Of a DNA stretch of 64,000 nucleotides, positions 45,850 through 58,635 are shown in pieces. Made by a program: the position numbers and the translations under genes. Origin of the DNA: Ginglymostoma cirratum (lineage: Eukaryota); contig JAHRHZ010000274.1 in NCBI GenBank assembly GCA_024137785.1, forward strand, positions 17,784,871 to 17,848,870, written 5' to 3'. The number at the start of each line of letters is the position of its first letter. The stretch's first letter is position 1. The notes beneath the pieces were generated by a model. It was not told the origin of the DNA. It worked only from the letters and a program-made list of their open reading frames with translations, and ran no database searches.

Positions 45850-46578
45850 ATAAGGGCAGGGCTTATACAATTAGAAGTAGGACCTTGGGTGGTGTTGTAG
45901 AACAGAGAGACCTGGGGGTTCAGGTACATAATTCTTTGAAGTTTGCGTTACAGGTAGACAGGGTGTTTAAGAAGGTGCTTAGCACGCTTGCCTTCATTCC
46001 TCAGTCCTTTGAGTATAGGTTGAGGTTGTCCAGGATGTTGGTGAGGCCTCTTCCGGAGTACTGTGTCCATTTCTGGTCACCCTGTTATAGAAAGGACATT
46101 ATTAAGCTGAAGAGGGTTCAGAAAAGATTTGCCAGGAATGGAAAGTTTGCTTTATGAAGAGAGGCTGGATAGGCTAGGCCATTTTTCACTGGAGCATAGG
46201 AGGTTGAGGTGTGACCTTACAGAAGTTTATAAAATCATGAGGGGCCTAGATGAGGTGAATGGCAGGCTTATTTTCCCTTGGGTGGGGAATTTCAAGCCAA
46301 GGGGGCGCATGTTTACAGTGAGAGGAGAAAGATTTAAAAAAGACATGGGGGCAACTTTTTTATACACAGTGTGGTCTGCATATGGAATGAACTGCCAGAA
46401 GAAGTGGTAGATGCAGGTACAGTTACAATGTTTAAAAGACAGTTGGATAAGTGCACAAATAAGAAGTGTTTGGAAGGATATGAGCCAAGTGCAGGCAGGT
46501 GGAACTAGTTTAGTTTGGGATTATGGTCAGCATGGACTGGTTGGACCAAAGAGTCTGTTTCCATGTTGTATGACTGTA
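45850..46578 (+). mobile_element. CR1 LINE 3' fragment
   Basis: EQRDLGVQVHNSLK...LVRPLPEYCVHFWSP and YEERLDRLGHFSLE (ORFs 45885..46410). Confidence 0.88.
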
Positions 46579-46919
46579 TTGTAATAACAATATACCTTGA
46601 GTCACTCAGGCACTTAACTGGCCAGCGATGTGGATCAAATCTCCTTCACCATGTGAAAAAAAAGGCCGGCCAATCTGGTGTACTCAGCAGCACCACTGGG
46701 CAACAAATGGCTACTGCCAGTACTACCTGAGGCTTTCGACCAGAGAGGGAACCAGGCATAGGTGTGCGATAACTTTGGGGGTTGGGTGGGTGGCACTTGT
46801 TGCAGAATGGGGAACAAGTGATAGGGAGGCTGAGGAGCATCAGTAGAAAGGGGAGGAGTTAGCTTTCAGTGGTTCCTCCTTTTCCTTTGGCAGCCTGAAC
46901 ACAAATAATGCTCTGGATT

Positions 46920-47232
46920 CATAGAATCCCTACAGTGTGGAAACAGGCCCTTTGGCCCAACAAGTCCACACCAACCCTCAAAGCAACCCACCCAGACCTA
47001 TCCCCCTTTAACCCTCCTAATCTAGGCATCCCTGAACACTACAGGCAATTTAGCATGGCCAACCCACCTAACCTGCACATCTTTGGACTGTGGGAGGAAA
47101 TCCGAGCACCCGGAGGAAACCCACGCAGACACGGGGAGAATGTGCAAACTCCACACACAGTCGCCCAAGGGTGGAATCAAACCCAGGTCTCTGGCACTTT
47201 GAGGCAGCAGTGCTAACCACTGAGCCACCGTG
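46920..47232 (-). mobile_element. HE1-like SINE, near full length
   Basis: Reverse complement of 19308-19600; head cacggtggctcagtggttagcactgctgcctc. Confidence 0.85.
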
Positions 47233-47244
47233 CTGGGTTCAAAC

Positions 47245-47885
47245 ACTGCCATGGCAGATGATGGAATCTGAATTCAGTAATTAAGGAGTTAAAACTCTAA
47301 TTGTGATCATGAAGCCATTGCTGATTGTCAGAAAAGCTCATCCGGTTCAGCAATGACCGTTAGGGAAAGAAATTGCCATCCTAACCTGGTCTGGCCTACA
47401 TGTGACTCGAGATTCGCAGCAATATGGTTGACTCTTAACTGCCAAGACTGAAGGGATTGAGTTGTAAGGATAGGCTGGGACTTCTTTCACTGGAGCGTAA
47501 GAAGTTGAGGGGTGTCCTTAAAGAGGTTTATAAAATCATGAGGGGGCATAGATAAGGTAAATAGCAAAGGCCTTTTCCCTAGGGTGTGTGAGTTCAAAAC
47601 GAGGGGGCATACTTTTAAGGTGAGAGGAGAAAGATTTAAAAGGGACCTGAGGTGCAACTTTTTCACACAGAGGGTGGTTAGCGTGTGGAATGAACTGCCA
47701 GAGGAAGTAGTAGATGCAGGTACAGTTACAACATTTAAGAGACATTTGGATAGGTACATGAAGAAGAAAGGTTCAGAGGGATATGAGCCAAATGCAGGCA
47801 AGTGGGACTAGTTGAGTTTGGAAAACAAGGTTGCCATGCATGAGTTGGACTGAAGGATCTGTCTCTGTGCTGTTTGACTCTGACT
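47245..47885 (+). mobile_element. SINE/L2-tail fragment (47245-47445) abutting a CR1 3' end (47445-47885)
   Basis: tgccatcctaacctggtctggcctacatgtgactc; FFTQRVVSVWNELPEEVV (ORF 47584..47811). Confidence 0.8.
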
Positions 47886-50800
47886 ACGTTTGAGCTATTT
47901 TGAGCATATTGTTGGGTCAGTGAAGCATTTAACGAAAAACCAGGACTATGTTTAGTCACTCTAAAATGTAGCCGTGAAACTGTCAAATATTTTTGTCATA
48001 AAAATCCAATTTGTTCCCTGATGACTTGTATGTGGTCCTTGCCTGGTCTGGTTTAAATGAAACACAAAACCAATGAAGCTAACTCTTTACCACCATTTTT
48101 GTGAAGTGGCAACATAAACATCCAAATTTTATCAAACCAGTTGCTGTGGTTGACTTCATTCAGCTGATCTTGCCAGTGGTAACATTAAATTAACTCCTAA
48201 GCTAATGTGTGAAGCTTCATTATACAAGTCCCTTTGCAACTAAACTAAATTGTTGCCACATTGAAACTTCTATTTCCATATTAAGTTGGCAATATGGGAA
48301 ATCTCTGTTCAGGGACTTGCAAGATTAATGAGAAAGCAAGTGCGAACAGAAAACAGTGACCAATGTATGTACTCTCTTGGAAGACATAATGTCTTTTGTC
48401 ATTATATTCCAGGACACAAATAGAGAAATTTCTGCAGGGATCATGTGAACCATGACTTTAACCACATTGCATAGACATGGAGGCTGATATTAACTTGAGT
48501 GTCTTGATTTGGATACATGGGTTTAAGACTCTTCAATACCACCAGTCTACTCAACCAATTGAAATGATACAAAATGTAGCAAGTAAGGTTGAACTTGAAT
48601 TTGAATTAGCTTTATTGTTACACATAGTCAAATGAGTACACATGGCGCCATCTTAGGTACAAGGTCCTAGGTACAGATTTTTCAGGACTAAGTCTTAGGA
48701 AAAAAATTTAGAAAAATTAAGAGAAAAAAAAAGTCCAGGATTATCTATCCATTAGCATGAGTTTCCTTGAGATAGATGTGCATTGTAAAAACAAGTTTTC
48801 TTGGCAAACAGTCACCAAACATATTCTAATACAGTTTGTCCTGACAATCTTCAACTTGGAGGTGTAACAGGAAATGTGCAGGATTGGTCCATCTTACATT
48901 TCACTACATTTTTGACAGTGGTCAAAATTCCTTCCAGTGTCACCAAATCATTGGATCATCTTAATTCCTCCATTCAGAAAGATCCCAAATTTCCCTTTTG
49001 CCATGTCCAGTTTGTTCTTGAATAGCTTGAGCTTTGTCAGGCAGCAGAGGGGCACAACCGTCGTGTCCTACAAATTATTTTTCCGTTAAGTGAAGTCTTT
49101 AGATTGGCACATCATTTTGAAGCATCTGCCGATGAGCCTCTATATTAACTATGACTGTTAAATTGCACTGGGAACATGATTAAAGAGGCTGACTTTTGAC
49201 AGAAATAAAGTGAAAAAATGTTTCCACCCTCTATGAAAAGACCCCTATCCTGGTAGCACGTGGCATTTATGCATCAATGATGTTGGCCATCAATACGCCC
49301 CTAGTTTCTAAGTAATAATGTTCTTCTAGGTTATCTCAGGACAAAATGGCAAAATAAACTAATCTTCTGTCCAGAGATGTAGTAAGGAAGTTCCAGATGT
49401 ATTATTTGGAACATTGAGATCATCACTCACACAGATTTGGTTGGTCAAATTGCTTGTTCTACACATGCGCACACACACAACAAACTAGAGAAGATTAATT
49501 CTGGGAGCAAAAATCTAGAGACATTGTTGTGGGTGTGTAATGGTGAAATCAGGTTCAGTGATATGATAGAGTTTGCCCTTTACACGTTGGATTTATCAGC
49601 CACCTTAGAACCCATTGAACCAGCGTGGAAGAAAGTCAGCCTTGATTCCGAGGGACTGCCTATAAAAGTATACTCTTCAAATACAATGTTCAAATATAGA
49701 TGAATTTATTAAATTGACTTCTTCTTGAAAATGGAAACTGTTCTAGGGAATCATCTTTATTTTTGTAGGGCATAGCTTTACTCTTTGCTTATTCTTTGAG
49801 TTATCTACAGGTCAGTTGTTTTTTTGACATGTAGTTCCTCCATGCCTGTTTCAGAAACTGCGTTTTGTTTCTCAGCTTTTTGTTTCATCCCCTGCACAGA
49901 TTGCTTTGTTGATGTGGAAAATTTGTTACGAGAAGCTCTGTTCACTCATCTTTAGATAAGCTTCTTTACGAGCATGCTCAATTCTCTGTCTTTGAAATGT
50001 CTTGACCTGAAGATTTTAGGTTTTGCTTATCATTTTGAAACATCAACCATCTGTGATAAGGAACCTGTTCTTGTTAGAAAAACAACCACTTCATTTTCAG
50101 ATTATACAGTGCTATTTCCAAGTATTCACAAGCAAAGGTGCTTTCCTGGCACACAGCAGGAAAAGAAACGTCAAAATGAAAGAACTTACTTGTGTTTTTA
50201 TATAGCACTCTCCACAATCTCAGGATGCCCAGAATTACTTTACAATTAACTATTTCACAGTACTACGTAAATTCCACCAGCAGTATTTCTTTTGCGTTCT
50301 CCAGGTTCAATAGGGGGCCATTGAACAAATGTCTTTCAAAGCCAGCTTTGCAACTATTCAGACAAATTCCCACCAAAATCAAAAATGATTGACTGGACAC
50401 TACGTCTGGATGGCTGAATTGTGCCTTCCCACAAAATTGTGTTTTCTAAACTCTCTAATGGCCAACGTTCCAGCGGATGACAAAGAAAATATTACACAAA
50501 CATTATGAAGCTTTCCTTGAAAGAGGAAACACAGACATTAATGACCAGCAACAGCTTGCTAACAATTGTTCAAAATGGTGACAACCTGTATATCAAGCTG
50601 TTTCACGCTTTGAGCCTAAATACCTGAATGAGGAGGCTGCATGGCAACAGAGAAGGAAGGAAAAGACAGCAAATCCTGCAGTCAGGATCCCGCTACCTTG
50701 CGTGAGATCCTGTCACATGCACCCAATAGTCTTCAGGTTGAGAGTTGGGCAGTTCAGTCTTGTGAGGACCCACAGCTGAACTCATGACCCTGAGGAGATG

Positions 50801-52624
50801 TCACCCTTGAATCCAGAAACAGCAAATGGTAACAACAATTAAAACTTCAGAATTATACGCAGTTTTGTAATGTAGAGAAATCCAGCACTAAGATCTCCTA
50901 AGCAGCAATGACATAATGAGATGATCATTTCCCATTTAGTCATGAGAGATTGCATTAGTCAGGATACCATGAAAACTCATTTTCAAATAGTGCCATGGTT
51001 ATTTTAACACCCTTTGAGGGAGCAGACAGGGTCTCGCTTCCGTATCTCATCTGAAAACTGGAATGTAATACAGTGCATTGCCCTCTCAACGGAGATCATG
51101 GTTTCAAGTTTCTTGAGTGTGACTTAAACGCATAAACATTTGACAGACAACTTAAGTTGGAATTTATTCTATTTTGGAAAATTAATTCTGACAAAAATGA
51201 ACTATTATGTCAGTATAGTTCGAGTGAAGGAATTTGAGTTTCCTTTGAAATAATATCAAAAATGTCAGAAACAGCAATTTAGCATCTTCTTAAGGAAATA
51301 TTACACATCTGGAGTATGCCTGTAGATGGAACTAAAGACCATTCAATTCTTAAGAAAAACATTGTAATGTCTGTGCTGTCACAAAGAATCCCCCTGCTGG
51401 TTGTGATCTTGGTTTCTACCCTGCCTTTTCCCTAGCAATCATTACCATCTCTCCCGTCCTGTGCTCGTTTCTTTACGCAAATATTTCTAATGCATGCATC
51501 TCATCTTCTCTATCCAAAATTTTCTCGCTTCCTCTTCAGTTTTCTTTTTATGACTCAGCTGCATTTTTATCTTTCTCACATACTTGGTGGTCTTAGCCCT
51601 GTAGTCAGAAAGGCATTGAGACTACCTAAATGTCAGCACTCCCTTACTTGCTGCTCTATATGAAGTTTAATATATGTAATATAATGTAGACACCCAAAAG
51701 TGAATTTGAGCATGTTTATAGGAAAGACTATTAGAGATTAAAGCCACAGGAATCTATGATAAACCTTAAGAATGGATAAGAAATTTGCTGATGAGTAGAA
51801 GGTAATGCATACACATGAGTGAAAATATGTCAAGATATTTGCAAGTAAAGAGCAGATTCTAGTTGGCTAGTTTCAGGGTTTTAGGGCAAACCTTAAGAAG
51901 TTAAAAAGCAAAAACTCTGGGTTCTCCCCCTCAATCTTACTTTGGATGAGGACAAAAGTCTGAAGGGTGATGAGCAAGGCCAGTCAGTTGCTACCTTTAT
52001 CAGCTAACTTCACACATCTGAGGACACCTGGCTTTGCAAGGGAAGCAATCAAAGAGAATTCCTTCTAGATTCTACCTCAATGAAACTTTCAAGTGAGGCT
52101 GCTACTGTTGAGTTGTCTCTTTCAATGGAAGTGCGTCTGTATCTCCTTTTCACTAGTCATGATCTGACTCTTGCTGTGCCTGGTGCTGTGGTGACTGCCT
52201 AGTATCCTTTACGTCCTCCACAGCTTGAGTCATTTCAACCGGGTGTGGTAGATGTGGGGGAAAGCAGTCTCATTCGGATCTACTGCAAATAAGCTCCAAC
52301 ATCTAGCTCAACATGGTTACTTGCATGAGTTATAAATGCACTGAAGGTAACTAAGCATGACCTGGAGGCTCCTCTCATCCATCTTCCACCATGTTAAATT
52401 TGGGCAAGATTGGAGACTGGGGTCTCTAATGCAGCAACCTGAACATTAAAAAAGCTCTCATTCCATGTGCCTTAACATACTGTTATGTGACCCTTTTCTG
52501 CTGGCAGGTAAAAGCTGAGGTGAAGAGGTTTTGTACATTTTCAAAGATTACAATGATTCTCAAATATCTGTGGTGCATCCCAGCACCATGTGTGAACCAG
52601 TGAATAACGTACAGTTAGTTGGAG

Positions 52625-52716
52625 ATAACAAGGTGTGGGGCTGGATGAACACAGCAGGCCAAGCAGCATCCTAGGAGCAGGAAAGCTTGACGTTTTGGGC
52701 CTAGACCTCTCTGATG
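52625..52716 (-). mobile_element. Short family A PLE 3' tip with TSD
   Basis: 13-bp TSD CAGTTAGTTGGAG (52612-52624 and 52717-52729); the 5' end lies within the hammerhead hairpin. Confidence 0.8.
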
Positions 52717-53359
52717 CAGTTAGTTGGAGGTTTGTTTTGAACACAGAACGTTATGTATGGATGTTAGTGTGGCAGTAATTCCAGATCTTGATGGCAATTT
52801 ACCAATTTTATGAACAAGATATAGAAAGAATACTGACATAAGGGATTTCCAGAACTAAGACTTTGTCTTAGCCAACATCAGTAAACAGGCGATCTGGAAA
52901 TTATTGCACTACTTTTTGAGGAAACTTTTGTGTGTAAATTGGCTGAGCCTCTGGTCCATGTAGTCTAACCCACGTATTGTGACATTGTATATCGTTATTT
53001 GTACACTCTCCATCTCAATCCAAAAAGAAAAACAAGTAAATTCCTGGGAGAGGTGAAGAAACAGATCAAATTCACTGCCTAAATCAGGGAAAAAAGTCTA
53101 AAAAATTTTCCTCAAACCACGCACCACCTTGCCTCTCCTTAGACAATCAAAACTCATCTGCTAGATCACTCTGGCTCTATCTTTTGTAAATTATAATCTC
53201 TGCCTCAGCTAGAAACAGATCCAGATATTTATTGAAAACAAATCATCTAATCCGAATTCTATATCACAATGATGACTACTCTACAAAATGTACTTAACTG
53301 TCTATAAACCATTTTGGGATATCTGAAGGCAGTGAGAAGCTTTGCATAATCTTTAAAAA

Positions 53360-54776
53360 AAAAAGGACTGCAGATACTGGAAATCAAAAATAAAACAGAA
53401 ATTGCTGGGAAAATTCAGACGATTTGGCAGCATCTGTGGAGAGAAAGCAGACTCAATGTTTCAGGTCCAATGACTCTTCTTCTGAACTGACTGTAACTAA
53501 GAAAAGGTTGGTATATATATATTGAAGATGGGGTGGGGGAAGGGGGAAGAGGAAAATATAGGTGGAGATGGAGCCCAGAGAAAGAGAACAACAGTTAGAC
53601 AGACAAAGGAATGGGTAAAGGTCAGCCTTGGGGGAATTAAGAACTGCTAATTGGGACCATTAGTAGCTGACAATGGGATGGCTATGATAACAGCCCATGT
53701 GATGGCAAGACCAGTGTGTGGAGGTTGGGGTTACGAACATGGGAGAAGGTGCTAAGGCCCTAAAATTATGGAAGTTAATATTGAGTCCTGAAGGCTGCAG
53801 AGTCCCCAAGCAGAAGATGAGATGCTGCTCTTCCAGCTTGCACTGGGCTTCTGCAGCAAGCCTGAGACGGAGATTTTTGCGAGGGAACACAGTGGTATGT
53901 TGAAGTGAGATAACCAGGTGTAGAGCTGGATAAACACAGCAGGCCAAGCAGCATCAGAGGAGCAGGAAGGCTGACGTTTCGGGCCTAGACCCTTCTTCAG
54001 AAATGGGGGAGGGGAAGGGGGTTCTGAAATAAATAGGGAGAGAGGGGGAGGCAGATAGAAGATGGCTAGAGGAGAAGATAGCTGGAGAGGAGACAGGTCA
54101 AAGAGGCAAGGGTGGAGCCAGTAAAGGTGAGTGTAGGTGGGGAGTTAGGGAGGAGATAGGTCAGTGCAGGGAGGATGGACAGGTCAAGGGGGCGGGATGA
54201 GGTTGGTAGGTAGGAGATGGGGGTGGGGCTTGAGGTGGGAAGAAGGGGATAGGTGGGAGGAAGGACAGGTTAGGGAGGTGGGGACGAGCTGGGCTGGTTT
54301 TGGGATGCAGTTGGGGGAGGGGAGATTTTGAAGCTTGTGAAGTCCAAATTGATACCATTGGGCTGCAGGGTTCCCAAGCAGAATGAGTTGCTGTCCCTGC
54401 AACCTTCGGGTGGCATCGTTGTGGCATTGCAGAAGGCCCAGGATGGACATGTCGTCTGAGGAATGGGAGGGGGAGTTGAAATGGTTTGCGACTGGGAGGT
54501 GGAAGCTCAGGGTCATTTTTGTTGACAAAACATAGATGTTGTGCCAACCGTCGCCCAGTCTGCGTTTCATCTGCCCAATTGTAGAGGACCACTTGTGAGC
54601 AGTGAATACGGTAGACTAGGTTGGGTGAAGTGCAGGCAAATCACTGTTTCACCTGGAAGGTGTGTCTGGGGCCTTGGATACTGAGGAGGGAGGAAGTAAA
54701 TGGGCAGGTTTTGCTTTCTCTCCACAGATCCTGCCAGACCTGCTGAGTTTTCCCAGCAATTTCGGTTTTTGTTTCT
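53360..54776 (-). mobile_element. Family B PLE (minus strand) with an inverted terminal segment (~54710-54776), interrupted by a family A PLE at 53909-54501
   Basis: 53390-53450 is an imperfect reverse complement of ~54712-54776. GIY-YIG tail remnants (KLEEQHLIFCLGTLQPSGLNINF; ETQTGRRLAQHL...NDPELP). The family A copy has a hammerhead at 53973-54000 (-). Confidence 0.82.
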
Positions 54777-55789
54777 ACATAATTCAAATTTTCCTATTCT
54801 TTCTTTTCATTGAGTCTTTAGTAGAACCTGTCAGCTAAGTGGTTGAGGGCAATCATCAGATGCCATCTGCCTGGACTTTCAGAAAGCCTTTGATAAGGAA
54901 ACATATAATAGAATCTAATGGAATTAGTGGTAATCTGCTGCAGTGGATTTTGAGTAGGCTCAATGGGTAGGGGCAGAAACAACAACAATAAGTTGCTTTT
55001 CTACAGAGCCTTTAAAGAATAAAAATCTCAGGCATTTCACAGGCATATAAATCGTACAAATATTGACTCCAACTTAAAAGACCCTAGGATGAAGAGGTTG
55101 GTGAGGAAGAACAGGAGCACTTATAAAGTCATTTGAACAGTTTTATTAGTGCGGGCAGGAGAAGTAAGTATACTGTTCGAAGACTTTTAATGATATGCTG
55201 GTCACTTGCTGTCTTATGCACTGCTCATTTTCACCCCCAGAATGGCTTACTTTGGCCTCTGCCCCTTCCTGACATACTTTCTGGCAGTAACAATATTGAG
55301 CTACATGATATTGATCTGCCTGTAGTCAGCCAGTTGGTTATTTATATCCATTTTTATATGAATAGTCTGTTAGCCGAATGCAAATGAGGCTAGAAGTAAT
55401 CCACAATTGAGTGTTGTAGACAAGAGAAGGTCCAACAAAATGTGCTGAGGGTTGCATTAAAACTTAGATAACTGTGCCAAAGTTTCAATATAGACTGACC
55501 ATTGTCTAGGGCCTTTCTGCTACAGTATACTGAGGGTTTGCAGACTATATAAAAACACTTGGGCCATATGTGCCAGAGAATGTTTCACATGAAATATAAT
55601 TTTACACTGACACTATATCCTGTAATGGCAAGGGTAGTGAATGCATTTCATTTACTGTATTGAACAACACTGCTCAGTATAGGACTATATGTAATGGCAA
55701 ATTTGAGCTGTTACAATTTGCAAAGGTACAATATGTATGAACAAAGGATACTTTTGGAAGATTACGTTTTTAGACAAATAATCTGTTTT

Positions 55790-57420
55790 ATTGGCAAAAG
55801 AAGACAATGTTGTGGAAGCTTGTGAACTTGCATTGATCTGGCAGAATTGCAAGAATACTAAATCTCAAGTGAACAATTATTTATACTAATTGAGAAGTGG
55901 GTGCTGATTGGTTGGCAAGTGTATTCTGGTTGGTAGAGCCATTGTCATGGAGAATGTAAGTGGGAACAGTGAACTGCCAAATCCTTTGCTTCAATTCAAA
56001 GCAGGTGAGCTTATTCTAATTGGTCAAAGCATTGCCATGGGTAATGCACCAGGGAATGGCTGTTCCCCAAAGTTTTTGTTTGTTCGAAAAAGGCATAATG
56101 CATGGACACTTTTTTTTTTCCTGTTTGCAAAGAACATGGTCATGTGTAGTGTGCAGGTCTATCATGTGTAAGTGAAACAAAATGAGAGCCTGATTTGTAA
56201 TCCTGAACTGGTTATTAGTATAAATCTTAGCACAAACTGGATTGTTTAGCAAGTGTTGTCCAACTGTGGAATCTTATTTAATGTTGGAGCCAGTGTTCTG
56301 AGTTTTGCAAGCATGGGCTGTGTTGAGTACAGTCATCTGTTGCCTGTTGTGAATGGCCAAAGGAACAAGATGATTGATATGATCTAATCATTAGGATGCA
56401 TGGCCTACATCCCAGCATTGTACTGGCACATTACTCATTTATATTGTTGGCTGGAGGTCTTTTTGGATTGACAGTATCACCACGAGTGGAGAATACCACT
56501 TGTGCTGCTATTGCATGGCTTGATCTGTTGTTAAAATGTTTGAGACACCTTACTCTTAGAGGGTAATTTGACTTAGATTGGGCATTTTTAGGAGTGAATG
56601 TTGCGCCCTCAGGCCTATTCCTGAGTTTGCACGATGAATAGCAAGCAGTGATCTTATCAGAGTAACCACTGTCCCAAAGGATAGCTTTGCTGCACCTTAT
56701 CTTGGCATCAATTTTGCATTGTAAGCAAATGGTTTGGGCCTAATTTATGAAGTTGTTGATAAAGCCAATGTTATAATTTGTGGAACTGTAGGAATCCCAA
56801 TGCATGTACTGATGAGTGAAAAAAGGCATATATAGACAATAACTGAAAATACTTTAACAGATTTTTCAATGAGCATTTTGAGAAAAAGGAGTTCAGTTGA
56901 CTGCTACATTTTAAAGGTGAATTTTAGCACAAGATGGAGCTAATAAGGTGGGTAAGGAAGTTCTTGTATAATTTTGCAGATTGAAATGTAACAAATGTAT
57001 CATTTATGCATTGGAACTATGCAAGGGGTAGGGGGTTAGGGCTCATTCCATTGTAATACATTTCTCATGGAAACTGATGAAGATGCTAGTGAGAGTTGGT
57101 CTAGAGGGCCATGACAACGCCATCTACTTAGGCACACATGCTATCATTAAAGATGAACTCAGGTCCACAAGTTGCAAAGTTTATCAGTTCAGTAGTTCAA
57201 TGAGTACAGATTTAGGCAATGGTGGTGGGTCTAGCCACTGACATAGTGATGCTGTGCAAATGTCTATTGCTTCCTTGAGTGGAACATTAGTGAAAAGGTT
57301 AACAATGTCAAATAAGCACATGAACATGATATTGCTATTGATAGGCAAGGCACAGCACAGGTATACCTCGCTTCAATCTACAATTAAGAAGGCAGTTACG
57401 TTTTCTTGAGTGAAAGGAAG
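55790..57420 (-). mobile_element. Old Penelope-like element (family D): RT and GIY-YIG remnants plus a CCAAT-rich terminal region
   Basis: Minus-strand MCLFDIVNLFTNVPLKEAIDICT (~57255-57322; PLE RT motif SFDVxSLFTNVP) and DGVVM (~57110; GxxMGSP-like). Confidence 0.7.
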
Positions 57421-57797
57421 TAACAATCTAATGACCAAACCTGAGAAAAATATTAAAGAAACAAAATCAAACAGAAACACAGGTACAAAATTTGAAAGGG
57501 GATAGGGTCCAGTATAAAAGGGAATGTAAAAGAATATGTAATTTAAAGTCCTCAGGATGTCTCTGAATTATTAGGTTTTAACCTGTCACCACAGTTGGTT
57601 AGGGATGTCCTGAATCAATGGCAGCCATGAATGTTGAGATAGCTTTCAGTTTTCGCTGATCAGAGTTTCACACCAGTTTGCATAATCATCTGGAGCTTTG
57701 TCCTTTGACAGGTCAAGAGGGAGCAAGGAAAGAGAGTAACTTCTCCAGTTCCAGATCCATCTTCCTGCACTGTCAAAAAAAATTCCCTGAAATACAG

Positions 57798-57886
57798 GGA
57801 TAACAAGATATAAAGCTGGATGAACACAGCAGGCCAAGCAGCATCAGAGGAGCAGGAAGGCTGATGTTTCGGGCCTAGACCCTTCT
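57798..57886 (-). mobile_element. Short family A PLE 3' tip
   Basis: gataacaag...gctggatgaacacagcaggccaagcagcatc...gtttcgggcctagacccttctt; truncated inside the hammerhead CUGAAGA box. Confidence 0.75.
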
Positions 57887-58272
57887 TACAGTTGGTTTAT
57901 GTATTCCAATGCCCGAGTTCCTTGTTTTTAAGCTGGATAATCGTAGACAATTTTTAACATCTCCAACATGCAAACTTTCCAAGGAGATGGAAATGAACTG
58001 GGATATACCAATCTGGTTTACTGTTTTCAGTTTCTAGAATGACATATCAATTTCAGTTCAGGCTGGTTCTTGTTTATTGCTGATTTCATGAAGTTTGACT
58101 CATTGATCAGGAAATCATAGTGGCTATTTTTAAGTCAGCTTTTTTTCCTCTTTGTTCCATTTCAGTCCAGGAAAGTCCCAGGCATTAAAATCAGATCATG
58201 GAAGTCAGAAATTGTTAGTTGGTATTGAACCATTGTCATGACAGTGGAAAACCTGCTCTGAACTGATTGGAA

Positions 58273-58635
58273 TCATAGAGTTATAGAGATATACAGCACA
58301 GAAACAGACCCTTTGGTCTAACTGGTCCATGCCAACCAGATATCCTAAATAAATCTAGTCTCATTTGCCAACATTTGGCCCATATCCCTCTAAATCCTTC
58401 CTATTCGTATACCCGTACATATGCTTTTTACATGTTATAATTGTACTAGCCTCCACCACTTCCTCTGGCAGCTCATTACATCAAGGCACAACCCTCTGTG
58501 AAAAAGTTGCCCCTTGGGTCCCTTTTAAATCTTTCCCCTCTCATTTTAAACCTATGACCTCTAGCTTTGGAGTGCCCCACCCAGGGGAAAAGGCCTTGTC
58601 TATTTATCCTATCCATGCCTCTCATGGTTTTATAC
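58273..58635 (-). mobile_element. CR1 LINE 3' fragment
   Basis: Reverse complement of the CR1 tail at 47530-47885. Confidence 0.85.
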
